Shown here piece after piece: positions 39,614 to 50,267 of a stretch of DNA of 64,000 bases. Position 1 is the first letter of the stretch. Every line of letters starts with the position of its first letter. Source of the DNA: Spirochaetia bacterium (lineage in GTDB: Bacteria; Spirochaetota; Spirochaetia; SZUA-6; Bin103); the NCBI GenBank assembly GCA_965203905.1, contig CBDBDQ010000005.1:3424001-3488000 (forward strand), written 5' to 3'. The notes beneath the pieces were generated by a model. The model worked only from the letters and a program-made list of their open reading frames with translations. It was not told the origin of the DNA and ran no database searches. The translations under genes were made by a program, and so were the position numbers.

Positions 39614-42600
39614 TCACCGATCCGGCTCGAACACCAGTTCGGGGACCACCACCTCCCAGGTGTCGCATTTCATGGCGTCGCGGTACTTCGGGTCCGACGC
39701 CTCGCGGCTCCAGCCCACCACGGAGAACACCTCCGCGGACCGGCACCGTGACCCGGACGGCGGCCTGAACGACCCGGCGAGGCGTCCCACGGTTCGGCCG
39801 GCCCGGTCCCGCAACGTCCAACGCCCGTCCGCTCCGACCCGCACGTCCAGGGGATCGCCGATCGACAGTGCTGTAATGGCGCCGTGCAATTGATCGCCGG
39901 CACGGCGCCGCCCGGCGAACCCCAGATCGACCTCCTGAAGGGTCGGCCGGACATGGCGGTACTCCACCGCCTCCGAGCACGGGGGAAGCTCGGCAGCCTC
40001 CCGGAGGATCGTGGCGGGATGGTCAACCAGTTCGGCATGGACGTCCAAAGAGCCGTCGAGCCTCGCCAGCGTCAGCGTGTGCCGCGCCCGCGTCATCGCC
40101 ACGTAGTACAGCCGGCGCGGCGCGCCGGGATCCTCGTCGCGGCCCACGCGGTCCCAGCCGCCGTCCAGGACCGCCACATGATCGAACTCCAGCCCCTTGG
40201 CGCGGTGGGCGGTGAGCAGCAGCAGTCCCCGCTGGCGGCGGCGTGTGTCCCGGCCCCACTCGGCCAGCCACTCGATGAAATGGTCCACCGGTGTTTCTCC
40301 GCCGCCGGTTTCCAGCGCATGTTCCTCCACCGACTGCCGCAGCAGGTCGTGCCAGGGATCGGAGGGCCTCGCGTCGGCCCACGCGCGCAGGGACGCGCCG
40401 TCGACCATCCGCGTTTGACGCCCGCGCAGCCATTCGAGGAACGCCCGAGTTTCCCGCAGGCGCCAGAAACTCGGGATCTCCTCGTTCGCCACCTGTACCG
40501 GGAGGTCATGCGTCTCGCAGAACGCCCGCACCGGAACCAGGTACTCCCACTCGCGCGCGATGACCGCGCACCGCGACCAGTCCCATTCCTGCGCCAGCCC
40601 CGAGAGGCGCAGCAGCTCCGCCATGACGGCCACCGCCTGGACGACCGGATCGCCTCCGGCCGGCAGAATCTGCACCCGCCCGCGCGAAACCGGGTCCAGC
40701 GCCGCCCACTCGCCGCCCGGCGGGTCCTTCTCGCGCGCGCGGTCGACACGGATGGGGTGCCCCGCCTTCATGCGGTTCCGCGCAGGCTCGATCACCGCAT
40801 TGGCCGCCGCCACGATACGGGCCGTCGACCGGTAGTTGGCGGCCAGGTAGGCGGGCTTCGGCCCGTAGTCGGCCTCGAAGCGACGGATGAACTCCACCGA
40901 CGCTCCGTTGAAGGCATAGATGTTCTGGTCGTCGTCGCCGACGGCGAACAGGGTGAGCTTGCCCGCATCGTCTTCCAGCGTCCGGCCGGCCAGCGCCGAT
41001 ATCAGCTCGTACTGCTCCCGACCGACATCCTGGTACTCGTCGACGAGAATCCACCGGAAGCCCGCGAGCAGACGCTCGCGGCGCTCGTCCGCCTCCTCCG
41101 GCGACAGCTCCTCGCCGCGGAGCAGCGCGACGGCACGGCGCATCACGTTCCTGAACGTCGCGTCGTCCGGGCGCTCCGACCGGCCGGTGAAGCTCTGGCC
41201 GGCCAGGCGCATGGCAAGCGCGTGGCAGGTGAGCACCGTCACGCCGCGCGCGTCGTCGCCGATCATCTCCGTCAGCCGGCGGCGGACATCGACGGCCGCG
41301 TGACGGTTGTAGGCCAGCGCGAGGATGCCCCGGGCGTTCTCCCGTCTGACACGGATCAGCCAGGCGATGCGGTGCACCAGCACGCGCGTCTTGCCCGAAC
41401 CGGGGCCTGCGAGGACCAGCACGTTGGTCCGTTCCCGCTCGTCCGCCACGATGCGCTGCTGGACCGGGTTCCCCAGGCTCTCGACGATGGCGCGCCAGGA
41501 CGCGGGCGTCGTCTGCCGGCCGATCTCCCGGTCGCGACCAGGCAGCCAGCGGGCGAGGAACTCCTCCTCCGTGAGTGCGAAGTAGTCCATCGCCAGACGC
41601 AGCGCCTCGCTCATGGCCGCGAGGCCGCGCTCGGCGAACTCCACCATGACGTGGATCTGCAGCACCTGCCCCTGGTAGTGAAGCGCCAGGGGCTCGAAGT
41701 CCGCCCTGGAGAAGCCGCGCCGGTCCCGCCGCTCCAGCCGGATCTTCATGGCAGGGCGGAACACCGCCAGCCCCTTGTTGAGGCGGATCACCTCCAGCTC
41801 GTGCAGCCAGAGCAGGGCCCGGTCCAGCAGTTTGGCCGGGTTCCTCACCGTGCTCTTGAGCACCAGGTCGGACTCGATCGCCTGCAGGAGTTTTCCGAGC
41901 GTGGTCTCGGCCAGGAGATCGGTGCCACGGATCCCGCTCGGCAGGCAGTCGAGCAGATGTTCGAGCAGGCGGCCGGCCGCCTCGCGGCGTAGTTCGGCGG
42001 TCTTCTTCAGTGCGCCCCACTCGCGCCTCAGCGTGATCCACGCGGTCTCCGCGTCCCGCTTGCGGACCGAGAGGCTGCCCGCGGCGCCGTCTTCCTCGCC
42101 GCGCCCGTCGAAGGCGATGCCCCGAACGATGCGGAACAACCGCTCCGGCAGCGGATCGGCCAGACCCTGGTCTCGCAACACCTGGGCGGCGACACGCAGA
42201 TGGAGTGACGAGCTGTCTCCCTTTCCGAGGTCGGGCGCGGCCTCCTGCATGTGGTCGATGAGAGCGGTCTCCAATGCAGCCGCCTCCCGGAGGCGTTTCC
42301 GCGACGAGCGGTCCACGCCGGTGTGGAGGAACGCGGTCAGCGCCGTGTCGTTGCTGGCGATGCCGAACCGCTCCAGGTCGTACAGGGCGCCGCGCACGCG
42401 TTCCGGACTCAGGCCCGAAATTTCCATCAGCTCGTCCGTGCTCACCCCCTCGTCGGCGTCCGCGCCGATCAGAGCTTCCGCGACCAGCAGGAGCTGCCTG
42501 CGATACGCAGCCGCGATCGTTGCGTTGGCGAGCCGCCGTTCGGCCTCGTCGACCGTGCTCACCCGGAGCGAGGAGGGGAACACCTGCACGACGTTCTCCT

Positions 42601-44722
42601 CGCGGGTGACGAGTTGCGACTCCTCCAGCCAGGCGACGGCGGTGCGCACCCGGGTGTCGTCGGTCGCGGAGTCGCGTTCGAATGCCTTCTCCTCGTCCTC
42701 CCCGAGGATCTCGCCGGCGGTCGCCACCACGTCCCCGTCGAAGCGCTTCTTCCGGTCGAGATTGCGCAGCGCTCTCAGGATCCCGTGGATCTCCGCACGG
42801 GTGAGACGCGAGCGTGCCGACATGCCGAACTGGCGCTCGACGTCGTCCGCCGCATAGAGAAGAACGCAACGCGCCGGATCGCGGTCTCGCCCCGCGCGGC
42901 CGGCTTCCTGCAGGTAATTCTCCAGCGAGCCCGGTATGTCGGCGTGGACGACCAGCCGCACGTCGGGCTTGTCGATACCCATCCCGAAGGCGTTGGTGGC
43001 CGCTATCGCGCGCAACTCGCCGGCGATGAAGCGCCGCTGCACCTCCTTCTTCGTCTCCGGAGGCAGGCCCGCGTGGAAACGGTCCGCGGCGACGCCCTTC
43101 AACTGAAGGTATTCCGCGACGTCCTCGCTCTGCTGCCGCGTGGCGCAGTAGACGATCGCGCCGCCCGGCGCGTCGGGCGGCAGATGGGACGTCAGGACCT
43201 GGAGGATGTCCGGGAACTTCTCTCCTCCCGTGGTCGGGATCACCTCGAAGGCGAGATTGGCGCGTTCCGCGCCGCCGTCGGACACGGCCAGTTCGATGTC
43301 GAGTTCGTCCCGAAAGTGCCGGGCGATGTCCCCGACGACATCGGGTTTGGCGGTCGCGGTCAGGCACAGGATCGGAGGTAGCGATCCGTCACCTGCTCTC
43401 TCGCGGATGAAACGTCCCACATAGCGGTAGTCGGGCCGGAAGTCGTGGCCCCAGCGCGACAGGCAGTGCGCCTCGTCCAGCACCCAGGTGCCGATCTCGC
43501 GCTGGTCCAGAACCCGCCGCAGGGAGCGCGAGCGCAACTGCTCCGGCGAGATCAACAGGATGCCGGCGTCTCCCAGCCGGATCCGGTCCAAAGCGTCGCT
43601 CCGCTCCGGCATCGACAGCAGCCCGTTGACGGTCACGCAGCAGCCGATGCCGCGCTGCTCCAGCCCAGCCACCTGGTCCGCCATCAGCGCGACCAGGGGC
43701 GATATCACGACCGTCAGCGCACCGGTCTTGTCGTAGCGCGACAGCGCGGGGATCTGGTAGCAGAGCGACTTCCCCGCCCCGGTGGGCAAGATGCCCAGAG
43801 CATGTCTTCCCGCCATCGCCTCCTCGACGATGGCCTGCTGCATGGGCCTGCCGTCGGCATCCGCCGGTTCGGGACGAAAACCGTCGTACCCGAACCAGCG
43901 TTTCAGCTCCCTGCCCGCGTCATGGCGCCACCGGCACCAGCCGCAGGCCGGATCCGTGCACGCGGTGTCCCTGAGGCGGCGCACCAGTCGCCCGGCTAGC
44001 GGAAACTGGTGGCGCACCCAGGGCGGCATCACCGAGTTGCCGCCCGCCACGGACAGCCATGCCAGGGCATAGGCCAGCGCCCAGCCGAGCCTCTCCGCAT
44101 TCGCGACGACCGCGCCCGCTTGGGTTGTGCAGGCGGCATTCACCAGTCTCCGGTCAATCGCCGCCATGGCCTCGGCCCGAGATGGACGGCGCGCTCGTCG
44201 AGCCTGCCGGAAGAATTCGTCCAGAGCGCGGTCCGTGCCGGTGGCATCCGGCGTGCACAACCAGTGCCATGCGGCGAGCAGATCCGGTGCGGCCTTCGCC
44301 AAGGCCTCGCGCTCGTCGCCGAAGAGTTTCAGCGCCATGCGGGAGTCGAGCTCGGGATCGTTCACCCGGCCGCGTTTGAGACCGCCGTCCTGATGATGTT
44401 TGACGAGGTTGTGATAGGGATTGCGGGGGAAGGCGAGCGGGCTGAGACGCAGCGTGTCCACCGCCGGCAGCTTCAGCAGCCGGAGGTCTGGCTTCGCCGC
44501 CATCAGGTGGGGCAGGTCGAAGGCAATCAGATTGTGTCCCAGCACGACGGACGCGCCCTCAGCGAAATCGTCGAGCCTCGCCAGAGCGGCGAGCAATTCG
44601 CCGCCGGAATGGACCATGCTCCGGCCGGTATCCGCTCGAATCGCCCCCAGGGCACGAATTCGGTTGTCCCTGCCGACTTCCAGATCCAGGGAGAGGCAAC
44701 TTGGCGGAGAAATCGAATCCAC
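39614..44722 (-). CDS. RecQ-family helicase fused to an N-terminal DEDD exonuclease-like domain and a C-terminal UvrD helicase (~1700 aa)
   Basis: N-terminal DLE..GHNLIAFD..DTL. RecQ motifs PTGAGKS, DEAH..WGHDFRPDY, ATNAFGMGIDK, QEAGRAGRD. UvrD motifs GPGSGKT, DEYQD, VGDDDQNIY, NYRS, TAHRAKGLEFD, YVAMTRAR. Confidence 0.92.
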   Translation of the reverse strand: MDSISPPSCLSLDLEVGRDNRIRALGAIRADTGRSMVHSGGELLAALARLDDFAEGASVVLGHNLIAFDLPHLMAAKPDLRLLKLPAVDTLRLSPLAFPRNPYHNLVKHHQDGGLKRGRVNDPELDSRMALKLFGDEREALAKAAPDLLAAWHWLCTPDATGTDRALDEFFRQARRARRPSRAEAMAAIDRRLVNAACTTQAGAVVANAERLGWALAYALAWLSVAGGNSVMPPWVRHQFPLAGRLVRRLRDTACTDPACGWCRWRHDAGRELKRWFGYDGFRPEPADADGRPMQQAIVEEAMAGRHALGILPTGAGKSLCYQIPALSRYDKTGALTVVISPLVALMADQVAGLEQRGIGCCVTVNGLLSMPERSDALDRIRLGDAGILLISPEQLRSRSLRRVLDQREIGTWVLDEAHCLSRWGHDFRPDYRYVGRFIRERAGDGSLPPILCLTATAKPDVVGDIARHFRDELDIELAVSDGGAERANLAFEVIPTTGGEKFPDILQVLTSHLPPDAPGGAIVYCATRQQSEDVAEYLQLKGVAADRFHAGLPPETKKEVQRRFIAGELRAIAATNAFGMGIDKPDVRLVVHADIPGSLENYLQEAGRAGRDRDPARCVLLYAADDVERQFGMSARSRLTRAEIHGILRALRNLDRKKRFDGDVVATAGEILGEDEEKAFERDSATDDTRVRTAVAWLEESQLVTREENVVQVFPSSLRVSTVDEAERRLANATIAAAYRRQLLLVAEALIGADADEGVSTDELMEISGLSPERVRGALYDLERFGIASNDTALTAFLHTGVDRSSRKRLREAAALETALIDHMQEAAPDLGKGDSSSLHLRVAAQVLRDQGLADPLPERLFRIVRGIAFDGRGEEDGAAGSLSVRKRDAETAWITLRREWGALKKTAELRREAAGRLLEHLLDCLPSGIRGTDLLAETTLGKLLQAIESDLVLKSTVRNPAKLLDRALLWLHELEVIRLNKGLAVFRPAMKIRLERRDRRGFSRADFEPLALHYQGQVLQIHVMVEFAERGLAAMSEALRLAMDYFALTEEEFLARWLPGRDREIGRQTTPASWRAIVESLGNPVQQRIVADERERTNVLVLAGPGSGKTRVLVHRIAWLIRVRRENARGILALAYNRHAAVDVRRRLTEMIGDDARGVTVLTCHALAMRLAGQSFTGRSERPDDATFRNVMRRAVALLRGEELSPEEADERRERLLAGFRWILVDEYQDVGREQYELISALAGRTLEDDAGKLTLFAVGDDDQNIYAFNGASVEFIRRFEADYGPKPAYLAANYRSTARIVAAANAVIEPARNRMKAGHPIRVDRAREKDPPGGEWAALDPVSRGRVQILPAGGDPVVQAVAVMAELLRLSGLAQEWDWSRCAVIAREWEYLVPVRAFCETHDLPVQVANEEIPSFWRLRETRAFLEWLRGRQTRMVDGASLRAWADARPSDPWHDLLRQSVEEHALETGGGETPVDHFIEWLAEWGRDTRRRQRGLLLLTAHRAKGLEFDHVAVLDGGWDRVGRDEDPGAPRRLYYVAMTRARHTLTLARLDGSLDVHAELVDHPATILREAAELPPCSEAVEYRHVRPTLQEVDLGFAGRRRAGDQLHGAITALSIGDPLDVRVGADGRWTLRDRAGRTVGRLAGSFRPPSGSRCRSAEVFSVVGWSREASDPKYRDAMKCDTWEVVVPELVFEPDR

Positions 44723-44732
44723 ACTTACCCAC

Positions 44733-44999
44733 TCAGGTTGCAGGCGCCAAGCGCTCAACCTTGATGCGGTACCTCCTTCTTTGCATGGGCCATGTATCCG
44801 CCCCCCGCGCCCCGCCGCACGCCTTGTCCAGGCGAATCGCCATCTGCGGGGAATCCCCGAACGGCAGTTGACAACATCCGACAGATGCTTGCGGCTTGAC
44901 CCCAAGCTCACGCGCCGCTTGAGTGACACCAAGCCCCAGGAGCTCCAGGTAATCGTGTCGCACCGACAGTCCGGGATGGGGTGGGTTTTTCATCGGCAC
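44733..44999 (-). pseudogene. higA: HigA (addiction module antidote), degenerate with compensating frameshifts
   Basis: MKNPPHPG..LGVTQAARELGV; alternative frame SRKHLSDVVN; then SPQMAIRLDKA..ADTW. Confidence 0.8.
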
Positions 45000-45012
45000 A
45001 GCTCGATCCTCC

Positions 45013-45170
45013 TATAGTAGTGATCGTCAATCAGATCCACATCTCTGACCTCGCTGCCGTCGAAACGGAAGACGATGCGCCAGTTGCCGGACACGCGGGA
45101 CCGCCCAGTACGCCGCGAAATCTCGCTTCGGGGGATACAGTCGGAACGCCGGAAGATTCCCTGCTCGACC
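45013..45170 (-). pseudogene. higB: HigB (plasmid maintenance killer type) remnant
   Basis: NLPAFRLYP..YWAV..RVSGNWRIVFRFDG..DVDLID, spread over frames. Confidence 0.75.
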
Positions 45171-45334
45171 CGCGGCTCAGAGATGCCGCAGGCGGCTCGA
45201 CGCGCACCGTGCCCAGCAGCAGGTCCATCGAGCCGTACGATTCTGACCGTGCAACGAGTCCGCGGGCGGCACGCGTCAAAGAGAGTGCTGGCGTCCCGGT
45301 TTCGTGCCGTCGCGCGGTGCGGTAGGATGCGCCG

Positions 45335-46883
45335 GTGACCAGGCGCAGACTGCCGATCGGCATTCAGACGTTCAGCAAGCTGCGGGAGCAGGACTGCTAC
45401 TACGTCGACAAGACGCACTTCATCGAACGTCTGCTCCACGAGGGCACCCACTACTTCCTGTCGCGTCCCCGCCGGTCGGCAAGAGCCTGTTCCTGGACAC
45501 GCTGAAGGAACTGTTCGAAGGCAACGAACCGCTGTTCAGGGATCTCCACGTGCACGACCGCTGGAACTGGTCGGAACGCTGCCCGGTGGTGCGGCTGGAC
45601 TTCGCCGGCGGCAGCTTCAAGGAACCGGGGAGTCTGAACGAGGACGTGATGCTCCAACTGGAGTACCTGGAAGAGACGGCGGGTGTTCCGGCGCGCGAGG
45701 TGGGCGCGCCGGGACGCTTTCGTCGACTTCTGCAAGCCATGCATCGGCCAGACCGGGCAGCGGGTCGCCGTGCTGGTTGACGAGTACGACAAGCCGATCC
45801 TCGATGCGCTCGCCAACCCGGAGATGGCAGTCGCCAACCGCGACTTCCTGCGCGGCTTCTACGGCATGATCAAGTCGAGCGACGCCCACGTACGGTTCAC
45901 GTTCGTGACGGGAGTGAGCAAATTCACCAAGGTGAGCCTGTTTTCGGACCTGAACAATCTCACCGACATCACACTTGATCCCGTGTACTCGTCGATCTGC
46001 GGTTACACGGAGGACGACCTGGACGTGGTGTTCGCGCCCGAGCTCGGCGGAGTGGACCGGGAGCGGGTGCGTGAATGGTACAACGGCTATAACTGGCGCG
46101 GTGCCGACAAGGTGTACAACCCGTACGACGTACTGCTGCTGTTGCGCCGGCGCGAATTCGATGCGCACTGGTTCGAGACTGGTACCCCGGCGTTCCTGGT
46201 GGACAAGCTGTTCGAACGCCGCGTCTCGTCAGTGTCACTCGACGGAATGCTGGGTACCGAGGATGTGCTGTCGGCGTTCGACGTAAACAAGATCGGGACG
46301 GAAGCATTGCTGTTCCAGACTGGCTACCTGACTATCATCGCCGAAGAGCGGCTGGGCGGCGCGGCGCTGTACCGGCTCGGCCATCCCAACCGCGAAGTGC
46401 GCGAAAGCCTGAACCGGGTGCTGCTGCGCCACCTGGTGCAGGACACGGCGCAGCAGACCGCCAACAGCATCCGCCTGGCGCGCCTGCTGGAGGCACCCGA
46501 CTGGGCGGGCATGAAGGAGCTGTTCCACGCCTTCTTCGCCAGCATTCCCTACCAATGGTACACGGGCAACCACATCGCCGATTACGAGGGCTTCCATGCC
46601 AGCGTGTTCTACTCCTACTTCGCCGCCCTCGGCTACGACATCGCGGTGGAGGAGTCGAGCAGCCACGGGCGCCTGGACATGGCCGTGCGCGCCGCCGGCC
46701 ACGTCTACCTGTTCGAGTTCAAAGTGGCCGAGATGGCCCCCCCCCGGCTCCGCCCTCGCCCAGCTGCAGCAGCGCCGCTACGCCGACAAGTACCGCGCCG
46801 CCGGCGCCCCCATCCATCTCATCGGCGTCGAGTTCAGCCGCGACACCCGCAACATCACCGCCTTCGAGACCGCCGACGCCTGA
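45335..46883 (+). pseudogene. AAA-ATPase-like / PD-(D/E)XK nuclease, frameshifted
   Basis: RRLPIGIQTF..YVDKT..SRPRR/GKS..VDEYDKP..TGVSKF..GRLDM..FEFK..ALAQL..YADKY. Frameshifts near 45475, 45745 and the C9 run at 46737-45. Confidence 0.88.
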
Positions 46884-46919
46884 CATCGGTTGCACGGCCG
46901 CGCAGGGGTGGGGGACTGT

Positions 46920-47535
46920 GTGGGCGTGATCAGGGTCGTGTTGACGGACCTCGATGGGGTGATTCGGCAGTGGCCGGCTCCTTTCGCACAGTCGATCGAG
47001 GACCGGTACGGACTGGGGCGGGGCAGTCTGGTTCGCGCGGCGTTCGATGAAACCATCCTGGGCGACGCGATCACCGGGCGCGTATCGGACTCCGAGTGGC
47101 GTGATCGCACGGCGGCTCGGATCGCACGCCGACCCGGCCACTGCCACCGCGGCGGTGAAGGCATGGTCGGCCAGCCCCGGGGTGGTGGAGCCGGCCGCTC
47201 TGGGTGTTCTTCAGAAGGCCCGGGCCGTGGCTGCTCTCGGCTTGGTCACCAATGCCACCAGCAGGCTTGCCGACGACCTCTCCCGGCTCGCCCTGGCCGA
47301 CGCGTTCGACTTCATCGTCAACTCTGCGGACATCGGCTGCGCCAAGCCATCGGCATGCTTCTACGAGCACGCGGCACGACGCTGCGGGTGTGACCGCGAC
47401 GAGGTTCTGTTCGTGGACGATCGTTTGGAGAACGTGGATGCCGCGACCCGGTTCGGATTCCGCGGACACCACTTCCGTGACCCTGTGACGTTGCAACGGG
47501 TGTTGCGCGAGTGCGGCGTGATCCGGGAGGCGTGA
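46920..47535 (+). pseudogene. HAD hydrolase copy 2, frameshifted by a small deletion
   Basis: Split between ORFs 46890-47393 and 47047-47535; highly similar to 58553-59167. Confidence 0.85.
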
Positions 47536-47555
47536 ACGGGGTTGCGAGAGGTGCC

Positions 47556-47878
47556 GCTACTTCACGGTGGACACCCATCTCCGCCACCTCGACGAGGTGC
47601 GGGCGGGCGAATCGATTCGGGTCACCACCCAGCTCCTGGGCGGCGAAGGCAGCAGGCTGTACCTGTTTCACCGCCTGGAGAACGGCACCGGCAAGCTCGC
47701 CGCCACCGGCGAGCACCTCCTGTTGCACGTGAACCTGCGGACCCGGCGGAGCTGCCCGCCGGAACCGGAGGTTCACGTCCGGCTGACCCGACTGAGTGCG
47801 TGCCACGCCGGCCTGCCGTACCCGGTAGGGGGAGGCGCTACATCGGGCACGCAACTCCCGCGCGGGATCGTTGAGCGT
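47556..47878 (+). pseudogene. 3' (thioesterase) fragment of carnitine dehydrogenase
   Basis: YFTVDTHLRHLDEVRAGE..ATGEHLLLHVNL; matches 62536-62857. Confidence 0.85.
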
Positions 47879-47968
47879 TGCCCGAGGCCGTAGCCGCGAC
47901 AACTGCCGCAACCGTGAGGCTACGCGGCGCGGCTACGACCCCGCGGCTCGGTGGAGTGGCCTTGCGTA

Positions 47969-48495
47969 CTACTCGGCCAACAACTGCCGCGCCACGCGCT
48001 TCCGAGCAGCGTGAGCCTCCGTGTTGTCTATCAGCTCGGCCAACGTGTTCCGCTGTACGACTTCCGTATGGAGGAGCGCCCGACACAGCTCGAAGTCCTT
48101 CGGCCTGGCCGCCAGGGCCTTGGCAACCCACAGGTCCGCCGGCGAGCGACACCAGGCAACGACCCCGCCAGTCGCAGGTGTCACGAACCGAACGAGTCGT
48201 TGCTCCCAGCCGCGTGGCAGGAGGGCCGTCGTAACCGATACGCCATGCGCGTAGAAGCCGAAGGTCTCCTGAAAAACAGCGATGCTTCGCCGATCGAACC
48301 ATCGATCAGATCGGCCTTGCTGCCGTCGGAATCCTGGCGCAGCGCGACGTCCGCCGCCACCGAACGCATCGCCGCCGTGGGAATCTCCTTCTCGGTCCAG
48401 GCATGAACGGCCTGAGAACCGATGACGATCACCTCATGCTCGCCGGCGACGGCGGCGGCCGCCCGGATCGCATGCTCAAACTGGGCGCGGTTCAT
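47969..48495 (-). pseudogene. Putative nucleotidyltransferase toxin (DUF6036-like), frameshifted
   Basis: MNRAQFEHAIRAA..VIGSQA..IDGSIGE; frameshift at an A5 run near 48272; then ETFGFYAHGV..DLWVAK..RPKD. Confidence 0.7.
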
Positions 48496-48995
48496 CGCCG
48501 CATCTCGTCGCGCCGGAACTCGAGGTACACGGCAGCGCGCTCCGCTGCACTCAGCACGCCGGCGAACGGAGTGACGTGACGCAGGTCGCGACCGTGCAGG
48601 CCTGGGTTGACCAGCGCATCCGCGAGTGCATCCGGCGAGCCCCGCAACAGGCGCTCCCACTCGTCGAGCAGCTCGGACGCGTGCGGGTGAATGCGGCGCA
48701 TGCGCGCGACATTCGCCCGCGCGCGGGCCAGCGTCTCGGCAGGAGCGACGCGCAGCCGATCGGCGATCCGTTCATGCAGGGCCAGGCTGCGGCGGTCTTC
48801 CCGCGTCAGGTGCGGAACGAACGCGACATGGACGCCGAGACCGGCGGCAGAGGCCAAGCGTTGCAGCGTGCGCAGGCTCGGACGCTTGGTTCCCGTCTCA
48901 TACGCAGCTATCGTTGGTTGCGAGGTGCCGGCCAACGCTGCCAGCGCGGCCTGCGTCAGACCGGTGATTCGCCGCAGCCGAGCGACCAGGTTCAT
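48492..48995 (-). CDS. XRE-type HTH protein (antitoxin-like), coupled to the NTase gene
   Basis: GLTQAALAALAGTSQPTIAAYETGTKRPSLRTL..RSLALH..LRHVTPFAGVLS. ATGA overlap. Confidence 0.85.
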   Translation of the reverse strand: MNLVARLRRITGLTQAALAALAGTSQPTIAAYETGTKRPSLRTLQRLASAAGLGVHVAFVPHLTREDRRSLALHERIADRLRVAPAETLARARANVARMRRIHPHASELLDEWERLLRGSPDALADALVNPGLHGRDLRHVTPFAGVLSAAERAAVYLEFRRDEMRR

Positions 48996-49003
48996 GCCAG
49001 TAG

Positions 49004-49021
49004 TATATCCACTTGGATATA
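49004..49021. promoter_or_regulatory. Palindromic operator overlapping the -10 of the HTH gene
   Basis: TATATCCA-ct-TGGATATA. Minus-strand TATACT lies 6 nt before the ATG. Confidence 0.7.
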
Positions 49022-49038
49022 ATCTGGGCCACCGCCTG

Positions 49039-49087
49039 GGCATCGGCGGAAGCCGCGTGATCAGAGGAGCCGTCATCGGCACCAAGG
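49039..49087 (+). pseudogene. 16-codon micro-fragment of a DppC-like permease
   Basis: GIGGSRVIRGAVIGTK versus GIGGSRVIRGAVMGIK in 26204-27109. Confidence 0.6.
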
Positions 49088-49185
49088 GCATCTCGGCGGC
49101 TGATCGCGTCGTTCGGCGGGCGTCATGCTACACTCCACGAAAGGCGCCGGGCCAACCCCAAGCGTCGTCAACGAGGGTCGCAACC

Positions 49186-50267
49186 ATGCGTTCGTTCAAC
49201 ACTGCCGGTCCCGTCAAGCCCGACAAGCACTATTGCATCCCGCCGCTTGAGCGCATCGATCTGGACGACGTTCTTCGGCTGGTGCGAGACGAGCAGTACT
49301 TCGTGCTGCACGCGCCGCGGCAGACCGGCAAGAGTCGGCGCTGCTGGCGCTGGCCGAGGTGCTGAACGGGGGCGGCTACCGGTGCGTGTACGTTACGTTC
49401 GAGACCGCCCGCACCGCGCGCGACGACGTGCAACGGGCAATGCGCTCAGTCCTCGTCAGGCTGGCGTCGCAGGCGCGGGCGACGCTGGACGACGGCTTTC
49501 TGGACGACATCTGGCCGGACATTCTGGCGCGGGTCGGTGCGGACGAAGCACTGGGTGAAGCGCTGTCTCGTTGGGCGCAGGCGTCGCCGGGACCGCTGGT
49601 GCTGCTGATCGACGAGATCGACACGCTGGTGGGCGATTCGCTGCTGTCGGTGCTTCAGCAGCTCCGCGCCGGCTACCCCGGGCGCCCGGAGCGCTTCCCG
49701 CACAGCGTGGTCCTGTGCGGCATGCGCGACCTGCGCGACTACCGCATGGGCGCTGCCGGCAGCCCGTTCAACATCGCCGCCGAGTCGCTGCGGCTGGGCG
49801 ACTTCACGCGCGAGCAGACGCAAGCGCTGCTGGGCCAGCACACGGAGCAGACCGGCCAGGCGTTCGCATCGGAGGCGCTGGAGGCGGTGTGGACACAGAC
49901 CCGCGGCCAGCCTTGGCTGGTGAACGCGCTCGCGCACGAGACCTGCTTCAAGAACAGGGCCATGCGGGAAGACCGCTCGCGCACGGTGACCGCCGACGAC
50001 ATCGCGGCGGCACGCGAGGAACTGATCGTGAACCGCGTGACGCACCTGGACTACCTGGCGGACAAGCTGCGCGAGGACCGCGTGCGGCGGGTGATCGAGC
50101 CGATGCTGAGCGGCACGGAGCGGCATACCTTCACGGACCGCGATGTAGGGTACGTGCGCGACCTCGGGCTGGTGGCCCGCGACGCGCCGCTGCGGGTGGC
50201 CAACCCGATCTACGCCGAAGTGCTGCCGCGCGAATTGACCATAGCACTCAGCGCTGCTACCAGTTGA
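49186..50267 (+). pseudogene. AAA ATPase (AAA_35-like), frameshifted in Walker A and apparently 3'-truncated
   Basis: MRSFNTAGP..HAPRQTGK, frameshift, ..LIDEID..SPFNI..GQPWLVNAL..ANPIYAEV. Confidence 0.85.

Noticed and set aside
44723-44932. N-terminal 70 aa of the 1772-aa helicase ORF
   Set aside because: This is the frameshifted higA sequence (SRKHLSDVVN), not part of the helicase.
46737-46745. C9 tract as a phase-variation switch
   Set aside because: The same gene has two upstream frameshifts not in long homopolymers, so slippage here could not restore it.
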